The notes under the pieces were generated by a model. The model was not told the DNA's origin. It was given only the letters and a program-made list of their open reading frames with translations, and did no database searches. Below, piece by piece: positions 18,339 to 27,242 of a stretch of DNA of 64,000 nucleotides. A program made the position numbers and the translations under genes. This stretch comes from Deltaproteobacteria bacterium (GTDB taxonomy: Bacteria; Myxococcota_A; UBA9160; SMWR01): contig JAQBGU010000209.1 of assembly GCA_032128375.1 (NCBI GenBank), positions 32,501 through 96,500 on the forward strand, in the 5' to 3' direction. Numbering within the stretch: position 1 is the stretch's first letter; each line of letters opens with the position of its first letter.

Positions 18339-19499
18339 ATGGCCGATGGCACACTTGGCACCAGTACCAGTGGCATCAGCAAGCGCGTACTCGCAGTGGC
18401 GATCAACGACCGAGCCGGGGCAACTGCGCAGCTCAGCCACTTGGATCTCGACGCGCAGGTCGCGTTGGTCTGCAGCACACCGTTGTCGCGCCGCAGCGAG
18501 ATGCTGGGCTTGCTGCCGCGGCCCGAAGACGTGATCCCGTTGATACCCGAGGCGGAACTCTGCTTCACCGTGAAAGCGATGGGCATCAGCGATGCCGTCT
18601 GGCTGCTCGACTACTCGACCGTCGAACAGGTCGTGGCGTGTGTCGACCTCGACATCTGGAAGGGAACACTACCGGATCGCGATGCGCTCGACTCTTGGTT
18701 GGACGCACTCGCCGAGGGCGACGAAGAACATTTCTTGCGTTCGGTGCTCGGGCTCGATCCCGAGATCGTCGTGATGTACTTGAAGCACCGAGTCCACTGC
18801 ATCCAGAAGCCCGACGACGACGACGATTGGGAAGACCCCGACGGCGGTCTGACGATCGACGGCCAGTTTTATCTGGTCCCGATCCGGGAAGACGACGACA
18901 TCGCTTCGATCATCGTCATGCTGAAGTCGTTGTTCGTCGGGGACTATTGGACGTACTTCCGAATGATGCTCGCGGTCATTCATGAACTCGATTCCGCCAA
19001 CGAAGAATGGGCGCTGCGCTGGCGAACTGGGCGGCTCGAAGACCTGGGCTTCCCCCCCTGGGATCGAGCCATGCGAATCTACAATTTCATTCGGCCACAG
19101 GAGCGCACGCTAATTGACGACGGAACCGACCCGTTCGATGTAAACGCGTGGGACCTTCCGATTTGGCTACCGAGGCTCCCTACGACGCTCGACCACGAGT
19201 ACCTGTTGTTTCGAACTCTGGCGCAACTAGACGAACAGCAGCGCAAGGCTGCGCTGTTCACCTTTTTCGCGCTCGCCAACAAGGTCGCAGTCGCCGACCG
19301 CATGGAGCTGTCGGACGCGGAGTCTACGCCACGCGCGATCGACAAAGCGGCGAGGTTCGCATCGGCGGGCCTGGCGCATATCTGTGAGAGCAGCGGACGT
19401 GATCCGGTCGATGTAATCGGGAAGGTGGTGGTCGAGCGGTTGTTCTCGGTGGGGGCCAATCTGGACCCAGAAGCGTCCAAACCCGGCCCCTTCTTGTAG
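18339..19499 (+). CDS. DUF6178-family hypothetical protein
   Basis: ELCFTVKAMG, VDLDIW, EEWALRWRTGRLEDLGF, LANKVAVAD patterns recalled for this family. Confidence 0.7.
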   Translation: MADGTLGTSTSGISKRVLAVAINDRAGATAQLSHLDLDAQVALVCSTPLSRRSEMLGLLPRPEDVIPLIPEAELCFTVKAMGISDAVWLLDYSTVEQVVACVDLDIWKGTLPDRDALDSWLDALAEGDEEHFLRSVLGLDPEIVVMYLKHRVHCIQKPDDDDDWEDPDGGLTIDGQFYLVPIREDDDIASIIVMLKSLFVGDYWTYFRMMLAVIHELDSANEEWALRWRTGRLEDLGFPPWDRAMRIYNFIRPQERTLIDDGTDPFDVNAWDLPIWLPRLPTTLDHEYLLFRTLAQLDEQQRKAALFTFFALANKVAVADRMELSDAESTPRAIDKAARFASAGLAHICESSGRDPVDVIGKVVVERLFSVGANLDPEASKPGPFL

Positions 19500-19544
19500 A
19501 CAGGACATTCTCTGGACCAGCTCTGAGCCAAGAAGCAGACAAGG

Positions 19545-19575
19545 AAAAGGCCCGCCGATCAGATCGGCGAGCCTT
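19545..19575 (-). terminator. Rho-independent terminator downstream of the histone-like gene
   Basis: Minus strand AAGGCTCGCCGATC-T-GATCGGCGGGCCTT followed by TT: GC-rich stem ending in a U4 tract. Confidence 0.75.
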
Positions 19576-19620
19576 CGGAAGCCTTGCTTCGAGCTTCATT
19601 TACATCCGGATCGTCTGCGA

Positions 19621-19830
19621 TTACAGATCGACGGGCTTCAGGGTCTTGCGCTTGTTGCCGATTGCGCGCGCTTCGGCGGCAGCAATCATGTCGCGAACGA
19701 CCTTGTCCAGTGCGCCGTAGAAGTCGCTACTCACATTGCATTTCTTGGTCGCAGCCTTCGTGCGCGACTTCGAGATGATCAGGTCGCCAGCCTTCTTCGT
19801 TGTTGCTGCCTTCTTTTTCTTTGCTGCCAT
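19621..19830 (-). CDS. Bacterial histone-fold protein with Lys-rich N-terminal tail (69 aa)
   Basis: MAAKKKKAATTKKAGDLIISKSRTKAATKKCNVSSDFYGALDKVVRDMIAAAEARAIGNKRKTLKPVDL; histone RKT...DL motif; GGAGG RBS. Confidence 0.85.
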   Translation of the reverse strand: MAAKKKKAATTKKAGDLIISKSRTKAATKKCNVSSDFYGALDKVVRDMIAAAEARAIGNKRKTLKPVDL

Positions 19831-19926
19831 GCGTTCCTCCAATGCACCGGTTCAGTTCTTTGTTCGCTTGCGAGCAAAGCCGGCATTCACCCCCATGACG
19901 TGCCGTACGGCATGGTTTAGGCGCGC

Positions 19927-19954
19927 AGCATAGGCGTTATCGCGGCCTTCGCAA
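19927..19954 (-). promoter_or_regulatory. Putative sigma70 promoter of the histone-like gene
   Basis: Minus strand TTGCGA-16 nt-TATGCT about 100 nt upstream of the ATG. Confidence 0.45.
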
Positions 19955-20101
19955 TCAGAAAACAGCCTCCAGAGGCTCTGAAACGCCGTTTTTCGTGACT
20001 TGGCGGATCGAAGGATTCTCCCAACGAGTCGCGCAACGCTGGTATGCTGCGAATTCCTGGAGCGGAACAATGTCCGCTGCCGACGAGGAACCTCCACTTC
20101 C

Positions 20102-21520
20102 ATGGACTCTCAACACGACGATCTTGTGTATCGCCCCCTTCACGAACTGATCGGACTGCTGGCCGCTGGCGATCTGTCGCCGCTCGAATTGATGGAGACG
20201 GTTCTCACCCGCATCGATTCGACGCACGAGAACATCAACGCGTTCGTGGCGTTGCGTGATCGTGACGAGCTGCGCGCGGATGCCGACGCCGCTGGCGAAC
20301 GCATCGCGCGGGGCGAGGGACGGCTTCTGGAAGGCATCCCGCTGGGCGTAAAGGACTTAGAAGACGCGCAGGGCCTCGTCACGTCGATGGGCTCGATCCC
20401 GTACAAGGACAACACCGCTACCGCAGATTCCGTTCAAGTCGCACGACTCCGCGCCGCCGGCGCGATTGTGGTCGGCAAGACCAACGCTCCCGAGTTCGGC
20501 TACACCGCAATCACGAAAAACCTGCTGTTTGGCGCGACCCGCAACCCTTGGGACCTCGATCGCACGCCTGGGGGGTCGAGTGGCGGATCTTCGGCGGCGA
20601 TCTGCGGCGGTGTCATCCCGCTTGCGACTGGCAGCGACGGTGGTGGCTCGGTCCGTCTTCCGGCTTCGTTCACCGGCTGTTTCGGTCTCAAGCCTAGTTA
20701 TGGCCGAATCCCACACGAAACAGTGCAAGCATGGCCGATGAGTGACACAGCCGTGCACGGTCCGATCACGCGCTGCGTAGAAGACGCAGCACTGCATCTC
20801 GATGCGGTAGTGGGGAGCCATCCACTCGATCCCAATTCCCTGCCTCACCCGGGGATTGCGTACCGCGAAATACTGGCCGACTTGCCGACGGGGCTTCGCA
20901 TCGGCTACTCGGCCGACCTGGGCTTTGCCGTCGTACAGGCAGATGTGGCGTCCATTGTGTTCGACGCAGCGCGGAGCTTCGAGGCGATGGGGCACCATTT
21001 CGAAGAGCTGAAGGAAGGGATTCCAGAAATGGGACGCGACTGGGGGATGGTCGGCGCATTCGAACAGTTGGGCCAGCTCGGCCATCTGCTTCCCGATCGC
21101 GAGGACGATTTCGGACGCTCTTTCATTGCCGGCGTGAAGACCGGTACAAAAATGAACGCCGAGACCTGGGGTCAAGTGCGACGCCGTCGCGCAGACCTCA
21201 ACCGCTGGTGCGCTGCGATATTCGACCGCTTCGACCTGCTGCTCACTCCGACAGTACCCTTCGATCCGCCACCTGCACGCGGCCCGTTTCCGAGCCAGAC
21301 CGACGGACGCCCCCAACCGCCGGTTGGCGTCGCGAGTTTTACGATTCCGTTCAATCTTTCGTGGCACCCCGCGGCGACCGTCCGCGCCGGATTCTCGCTG
21401 GCGGGCTTGCCGGTGGGATTGCAGATCGTCGGGCCACGCCACCGAGACGACCTGGTGCTACAGGCCGCGTATGCGTACGAACGCGAAAGGCCATGGGCCG
21501 ACCGCTGGCCGACTCTCTAG
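20102..21520 (+). CDS. Amidase signature family enzyme
   Basis: GVKDL, GKTNAPEFG, TPGGSSGGSSAA, GSDGGGSVRLPA (Lys-Ser-Ser triad). Confidence 0.93.
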   Translation: MDSQHDDLVYRPLHELIGLLAAGDLSPLELMETVLTRIDSTHENINAFVALRDRDELRADADAAGERIARGEGRLLEGIPLGVKDLEDAQGLVTSMGSIPYKDNTATADSVQVARLRAAGAIVVGKTNAPEFGYTAITKNLLFGATRNPWDLDRTPGGSSGGSSAAICGGVIPLATGSDGGGSVRLPASFTGCFGLKPSYGRIPHETVQAWPMSDTAVHGPITRCVEDAALHLDAVVGSHPLDPNSLPHPGIAYREILADLPTGLRIGYSADLGFAVVQADVASIVFDAARSFEAMGHHFEELKEGIPEMGRDWGMVGAFEQLGQLGHLLPDREDDFGRSFIAGVKTGTKMNAETWGQVRRRRADLNRWCAAIFDRFDLLLTPTVPFDPPPARGPFPSQTDGRPQPPVGVASFTIPFNLSWHPAATVRAGFSLAGLPVGLQIVGPRHRDDLVLQAAYAYERERPWADRWPTL

Positions 21521-21614
21521 TCTACTCGCCGACGCCATGCCAGCGCTTTTCGCAGACGGCGACGCTGAGAAAATCTCACCCGTCCGAGCGGGGCAGTCGC
21601 GATAGGATGTCGCG

Positions 21615-22637
21615 ATGCACTCGATTGATCTACGCAGCGACACCGTAACCCGTCGCACGCAGGCCATGCGCGACGCGATGGCTACCGCGCAGGTGGGTGA
21701 TGACGTCTACGGTGAAGATCCGACCGTCAACCGACTACAACAGACAGCCGCTCGCCTGTTGGGGAAAGAATCTGCGCTGTTCGTCCCGTCCGGCACAATG
21801 GGCAACCAGGTCTGCATCGCCGCGCAAACGCGAATGGGCGATGTCATGCTAGCTGGAACGGGTGCGCACGTTCTTCTGTACGAAGGGAGCGCACCCGCAG
21901 CGTTGTGGGGAGTGCAGATCAACCCGATTGGAAGCGCGGGCATGTTCGGCCGCGCTGACGTGCTCGCAGCCATCGCCCCCGATGACGCCCACTACGGACC
22001 CACACGACTGCTGGTGGTCGAGAATACCCACAACCGCAGTGGCGGCCGAGTCTTCCCGCTCGATCTGTTGCGCGAGGCCACCGGTGCTGCGAGAGAAAGA
22101 GGCCTTGCGGTGCACCTCGACGGCGCCCGACTTTTCAACGCAGTTGCTGCCACACAGATCCCCGCCGCCGTCTGGGCCGAGCCGTTCGACACGGTCACAT
22201 TCTGTCTATCGAAGGGGCTCGGAGCGCCGGTCGGTTCGGTGGTGGCAGGCTCGGCCAACTCGATTCATCAGGCGCACCGGGCGCGAAAGCGATTGGGCGG
22301 CGGGATGCGGCAGGCCGGAATTCTCGCTGCGGCCGGGTTGTATGCGCTCGAGAACCATGTCGAGCGGCTGGCGGATGACCACGCCAACGCACTGCGGTTC
22401 GCGCTCGGGCTCGAGAAACTCGGAATCACCGTCGATCCCGCGCCCGAGACCAACATGGTGTTGTTTCGTGTCGAACAGACGCGCCAATTTGCGTCCGAAT
22501 TGCACAAGCGCTCGTTGCTGATCAACCCGGTGGGGGCGCACGAGTACCGGGCCGTGACCCATCTCGATGTGAGCGAGAACGACATCGACGATGCACTGGG
22601 TCGCATCGGAGAAATCGTCGCGTCTGGCGTTCGGTAG
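21615..22637 (+). CDS. ltaE: Low-specificity L-threonine aldolase
   Basis: IDLRSDTVT, VGDDVYGEDPTV, SGTMGNQ, ENTHN, HLDGARLFNA, CLSKGLGAPVGS. Confidence 0.95.
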   Translation: MHSIDLRSDTVTRRTQAMRDAMATAQVGDDVYGEDPTVNRLQQTAARLLGKESALFVPSGTMGNQVCIAAQTRMGDVMLAGTGAHVLLYEGSAPAALWGVQINPIGSAGMFGRADVLAAIAPDDAHYGPTRLLVVENTHNRSGGRVFPLDLLREATGAARERGLAVHLDGARLFNAVAATQIPAAVWAEPFDTVTFCLSKGLGAPVGSVVAGSANSIHQAHRARKRLGGGMRQAGILAAAGLYALENHVERLADDHANALRFALGLEKLGITVDPAPETNMVLFRVEQTRQFASELHKRSLLINPVGAHEYRAVTHLDVSENDIDDALGRIGEIVASGVR

Positions 22638-22689
22638 AGCCCGAGTGTTCCGGGTGTAAGGTTCGCCGGTGAACTTCAGACTCGGAACA

Positions 22690-23382
22690 CTAAGGTCGCA
22701 GATTGTACTTCAAGATGCACCAGACCGCGCGCACACCGTCCTTCCAACCAATCTTCTTCCCCTCGGAATACGTTCGGCCTGCGTACGAGATGCCGACCTC
22801 GTACACGCGACAGTGTAATCTCGCGACCTTGGCAGTGATCTCGGGCTCGAAACCGAACCGGTCTTCCTCAATCTGGATCTGTTGGATGATTTCCCTACGG
22901 AAGACTTTGTAACAGACCTCCATGTCCGTCAGGTTCAAGTCGGTCAACATGTTCGAAAGTAGCGTCAACAGCCGATTGACCACGGAGTGCCAGAAGTAGA
23001 AGACGCGATGAGATTCGCCTCCCACGAAGCGCGAACCAAACACCACATCGGCCTTGCCTTCGAGAATCGGCGCGAGCAGTTTTTCGTATTCCCGAGGATC
23101 ATATTCGAGATCGGCATCTTGGATCAGCACGATGTCGCCCGTGGCGACGGCGAAACCGGTTCGAAGAGCCGCCCCTTTCCCAGCGTTTTGCGCGTGGAAA
23201 ATCACCCTCGAGACACGCGATTCCAGTTTGGTCCGGATCAGTTCCGCCGTGCCATCGGTCGAGGCGTCATCGACGATGATGATCTCTTTGTCCTGTACCT
23301 GCGAATCCAACACGGCATCGATGACTTGTTCGAGAGTCGTGATTTCGTTGTAGCAGGGGATTACGATCGACACTGCCGGCAT
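22690..23382 (-). CDS. GT2 glycosyltransferase (polyprenol-phosphate sugar synthase-like)
   Basis: [51 protein letters not shown]. Confidence 0.93.
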   Translation of the reverse strand: MPAVSIVIPCYNEITTLEQVIDAVLDSQVQDKEIIIVDDASTDGTAELIRTKLESRVSRVIFHAQNAGKGAALRTGFAVATGDIVLIQDADLEYDPREYEKLLAPILEGKADVVFGSRFVGGESHRVFYFWHSVVNRLLTLLSNMLTDLNLTDMEVCYKVFRREIIQQIQIEEDRFGFEPEITAKVARLHCRVYEVGISYAGRTYSEGKKIGWKDGVRAVWCILKYNLRP

Positions 23383-23527
23383 TGGTGGTTGGGACCCTCT
23401 CAACGTGTCACGATGCGTGACTGCTGATGTTCACGCGTCTTCGCGTATCTTCACACCAGTTCGCGATTGCGGTGCGGCACCGAAAGGCTAACACGAAATG
23501 GGGGACACGACCCCCAGCACCCACCGT

Positions 23528-24104
23528 CGCCTTGTCCACCCTCACTTCGAAATGCTGGACCCGCTGGTCGTGCTCACGTATATCGCCGCACACACAAAGA
23601 CACTCCGGCTCGGAACCGGGATCATCATCTTGCCGCAACGGAACCCGTTGGTGGTCGCGAAGCACTTGGCCCGTCTAGATGTCGTGTCGCGCGGTCGCCG
23701 AGCCCGCTTACCACGGCCCATTTGTGCGATATTCCGGCATCCAGGCCAAGCCCAATCCGCTTCGAGCGGCGGGACCACTGGTCGTCATCGGCGGACACAG
23801 CCCGGCTGCGTTCCGCCGAGCAGTGGAACACGGTAACGGCTGGTTCGGTTTTGCACTCGATGCCGACAAGACCCAGAGTGTCGCGCAGCAATCCAGCAGG
23901 CGAGCCGCAAGTACCAGCGACCGCCAGAGCCTGGGAGCACTCGAAATTAGTGTTGCTCCGCTCGTGAAACTTTCAGCGGATGAGGTCCATCGTTTCGAAG
24001 ATCTCGGCGTCGATCGGATGGTGCTGTTGTTGCCGCGAAGTTGGAAACCCGACGAAATCGTGGATTTCATCGAGAAGACCGCTGCGCTGATCAGTCCGAG
24101 CTGA
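23528..24104 (+). pseudogene. Degraded LLM-class (F420-type) oxidoreductase
   Basis: LDPLVVLTYIAAHTKTLRLGTGIIILPQRNP...LDVVSRGR in one frame, then EPAYHGPFVRYSGIQAKP...GGHSPAAFRRA in another; N-terminus and an internal ~40-aa block are missing. Confidence 0.8.
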
Positions 24105-26280
24105 CCGGGTCCGAACGGACTCGGGATAGGAACTGTTCAAACTCTTCGGCTGGCACCGGGCCGCTGAACAAGAAGCCCTGCATCTCGTCGCAACCCTGTT
24201 CGTTCAAAAAGACCGCTTGCGCCTCGAGATCGACACCTTCCGCAACGACCCTCAGACCCAGACCCTGCGCCATGCTGATTACGGCGGTGGTGATCGCGCC
24301 AGTCGCGGAATCCGAATCCGCGTCGCGCACGAACGAGCGGTCCATCTTCAGTGAGTCCAATGGAAAGTTGGCGATGAAGCTCAGCGACGAGTAGCCGGTT
24401 CCAAAATCGTCGAGAGCTACCTTGACCCCGATATGCCGCAGGTCCCGCAAGACCACTGCGATCGCTTCTGCGTCGTGCAGCATCACACTCTCTGTGATCT
24501 CAATTTCCAAGTAACACGGTTCTAGACCAGTTTCCTGCAGGACTGCAGCGATCACCGAACCGATGTTCTGGCGCTGAAACTGCACGATCGACGCGTTCAC
24601 AGCGACGCGGATCGGCTCGAAGCCGGCTTCCTGCCAGGCTTTGTTCTGGCGGCACGCAGTCCGCAACACCCACTCACCGATCGGCAGGATCAAGCCCGTC
24701 TCTTCGCAGATGGGAATGAACTCGCTGGGCGACACCACGCCCAATTCCTCATTCGTCCAACGCAGCAATCCCTCCATGCCGATGACACGACGCGTGGCCA
24801 GATCGACCTTGGGCTGATAGAGCATTCGCAGCTCATCGCGCTCGATAGCGTGACGCAGCTGACGCTCGAGCAGGAACCGGCGGTCGCTCGCCGCATCCAT
24901 CGACGCTTTGTAGAACCGGTAACCGTTGCGCCCGGCTTGCTTCACCGAGTTCATTGCGCGATCGGCGTGCTGCAGCAGCCCTTCGGAACACGCAGCGTCT
25001 GCCGGGAACACAGCGATCCCGATACTCGCCGTAACCGTTATTTCGTGCCGGTCGATACGGATCGGCGCGGTGATTTCGGCGAGCAGCCGCTCGGCGATGT
25101 CACCGACCACTTCCGCGTCGCGAAGCTTCGGCAGAATGATCGAAAATTCGTCTCCTCCGAGCCGGGATACCGAGTTTTCCGGCTCAAACGGCTCCGAATC
25201 CGCCATCTCGAACCGGCCCAGGATGTCGTTGCGGCGAACGTATTCGCTCAGACGCTCCGCGAGGATCTGGAGAACCCGATCGCCCGCCGAGTGACCGAGC
25301 GAGTCGTTGAGCCGCTTGAAGCGATCGAGGTCGATGTAGAGCAGCGCCAGCAGTAAGTCGTTCTCGATCGATTCGGCGATCTCCCTTTCGAGTTGCTCAT
25401 TGAAGTAACGCCGATTCGAAAGCCCAGTGAGGCCGTCGAATTTCTCCAAATAGCAGTTTCGTTCTTCCGCTTCGTGCTGATCGGTGATGTCTTGAATCGT
25501 CCCGGCAACGTACGAGTCGGGCTCGTCATCGCCTTGGATCGATTCACCTCGTAACCGCACGTATCGGACGCCCCCGCCCGGAAGCACGATCCTCTGCTGA
25601 ATCGCAAAGTGTCCCTGTGTTGCCAGCGCCTCGCCGATTTCCTCACGTGCGGCCTGGCGTTCGTCGGGGTGAGCCGATTGCCAGAACTGCTGATAACTTG
25701 CCTCGCTGAGCTTCGGATCCAACCCGAGAATTACGAAAACCGCTGGCGACCAGTGCATGTCCTTGGTCGTGCGTCTCCACTCCCAGCTCCCAAGCCCGGC
25801 GATTCGGGCTGCAGTCGCGAGCGACGCCGCACCACGACGAACTTGGCCAACGTCTTTGTTCGCACGCATCAGATAGGCGACCCGGGTCCCGAGTAGCCGC
25901 CAACTGAGGGGCCTGTTGATGAAATCCGATGCACCGGCGTCTAGCGCTTCACGTATCTCCTTGACGCTTTGCGTCGAAGCCATCACCAATACCGGCGTAT
26001 GTCTCGCAACCAACGATTCGCATTCTCGTTCGCGCTGCCGAAGGCTTCGGCAGAACTCGATGCCGAGAGATTCCGGCGGCGAAAGTTCCAGAAGCACCAG
26101 GTCGGGTTCGCGCTGCTCGCAAATCTCGAGCGCCTCGCGCCCATCGGCGGCATCGATGACCGAGTACCCCTCGTTTTCGAGTGCTTCCCGCGCGAGGGTT
26201 CTGATGAGCCGATCCCCGTCGACAACCAGGATCAACCCGTTAGAACCCTTTGCGGCCAAGCGTGACATCTCTGTGTTCAT
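24091..26280 (-). CDS. Receiver-like + PAS + GGDEF + EAL cyclic-di-GMP enzyme
   Basis: LILVVDGD..PDLVLLE; LGSWEW..SAHPDE (PAS); DLDRFKRLNDSLGH, RLGGDEF; EGLLRW, DDFGTGYSSL, AEGV. Confidence 0.92.
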   Translation of the reverse strand: MNTEMSRLAAKGSNGLILVVDGDRLIRTLAREALENEGYSVIDAADGREALEICEQREPDLVLLELSPPESLGIEFCRSLRQRERECESLVARHTPVLVMASTQSVKEIREALDAGASDFINRPLSWRLLGTRVAYLMRANKDVGQVRRGAASLATAARIAGLGSWEWRRTTKDMHWSPAVFVILGLDPKLSEASYQQFWQSAHPDERQAAREEIGEALATQGHFAIQQRIVLPGGGVRYVRLRGESIQGDDEPDSYVAGTIQDITDQHEAEERNCYLEKFDGLTGLSNRRYFNEQLEREIAESIENDLLLALLYIDLDRFKRLNDSLGHSAGDRVLQILAERLSEYVRRNDILGRFEMADSEPFEPENSVSRLGGDEFSIILPKLRDAEVVGDIAERLLAEITAPIRIDRHEITVTASIGIAVFPADAACSEGLLQHADRAMNSVKQAGRNGYRFYKASMDAASDRRFLLERQLRHAIERDELRMLYQPKVDLATRRVIGMEGLLRWTNEELGVVSPSEFIPICEETGLILPIGEWVLRTACRQNKAWQEAGFEPIRVAVNASIVQFQRQNIGSVIAAVLQETGLEPCYLEIEITESVMLHDAEAIAVVLRDLRHIGVKVALDDFGTGYSSLSFIANFPLDSLKMDRSFVRDADSDSATGAITTAVISMAQGLGLRVVAEGVDLEAQAVFLNEQGCDEMQGFLFSGPVPAEEFEQFLSRVRSDPVSSD

Positions 26281-26437
26281 CGACCTGCCGGAGCTTTGGA
26301 TCAATCGATTATCGGCGTATCGGTAGATGCGCGTGAATGATGGCGTTGAAGAGTTGAACAAATACGATGATCTTCGGGTCCAGATGCGGTCTGGTGGCCT
26401 GCTACTGTATCGCGCACCAAAACCGGGAGATGCATTG

Positions 26438-27226
26438 ATGGTATTCGACAACATCCTGTTCGATTCGAGCGAGGGACTCGCTCGCCTGACCCTCGATCGG
26501 CCGAAGGCCGCCAACGCACTGAATCTCGATCTCGCCAAGGAACTCCTGGAAGCGGCGACAATCTGCTCGGAAGACTCGTCGATTCGCGCGGTGCTTCTCA
26601 GCGGCTCTGGCAAGATGTTCTGCGCCGGTGGGGACCTGCGCAGCTTTGCCGACGCGGGTGACCAGGTCGCCGCGCATCTGACCCAACTCGCCAACACGCT
26701 TCATGCGGGCATTTCGAAGTTGGCCCGAATGAATGCGCCGCTCGTAGTCGCAGTCAACGGAGCGGCCGCCGGCGCGGGAATGAGCCTGGTCTGTATGAGC
26801 GATCTGGCGATCGCGGCGGAATCTGCAAGCTTCACGATGGCGTACACAGCAGCGGGTCTCACGCCTGATGGCAGTTCGACCTACTACCTTCCTCGGGCCG
26901 TCGGAACGCGACGTGCCAGGGAGTTGATCCTCACCAACCGGCGCCTGTCAGCCGCTGAGGCACTGGACTGGGGCCTCGTGCAAAGCGTGGTGCCCGATGA
27001 CGAATTGATGGCCGAGGCCGAGAAGCTCGCGACCAGGCTGAGTCGGGGCCCGACGCTCGCATTCGGCGCCGCCAAACGATTATTGATCGACAGTGCGACG
27101 GCGGAACTCGAGTCCCAGATGGACGCCGAGACGGCGGCCATAGCGGAGATGACCCGAAACGCAGACGGCCGCGAGGGAATCGCGGCGTTCCTCGAGAAGC
27201 GACGGCCTGAGTTCAAGGGTCGATAG
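26438..27226 (+). CDS. Enoyl-CoA hydratase/isomerase (crotonase, PaaG-like)
   Basis: FCAGGDL, VNGAAAGAG, GLTPDG, EGIAAFLEKRRPEF. Confidence 0.92.
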   Translation: MVFDNILFDSSEGLARLTLDRPKAANALNLDLAKELLEAATICSEDSSIRAVLLSGSGKMFCAGGDLRSFADAGDQVAAHLTQLANTLHAGISKLARMNAPLVVAVNGAAAGAGMSLVCMSDLAIAAESASFTMAYTAAGLTPDGSSTYYLPRAVGTRRARELILTNRRLSAAEALDWGLVQSVVPDDELMAEAEKLATRLSRGPTLAFGAAKRLLIDSATAELESQMDAETAAIAEMTRNADGREGIAAFLEKRRPEFKGR

Positions 27227-27242
27227 CGCGCGCTCTGCCGGG

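Noticed and set aside
26281..26697. N-terminal extension of the GGDEF-EAL ORF
   Set aside because: Overlaps the crotonase on the opposite strand; receiver-like homology starts after ATG 26280.
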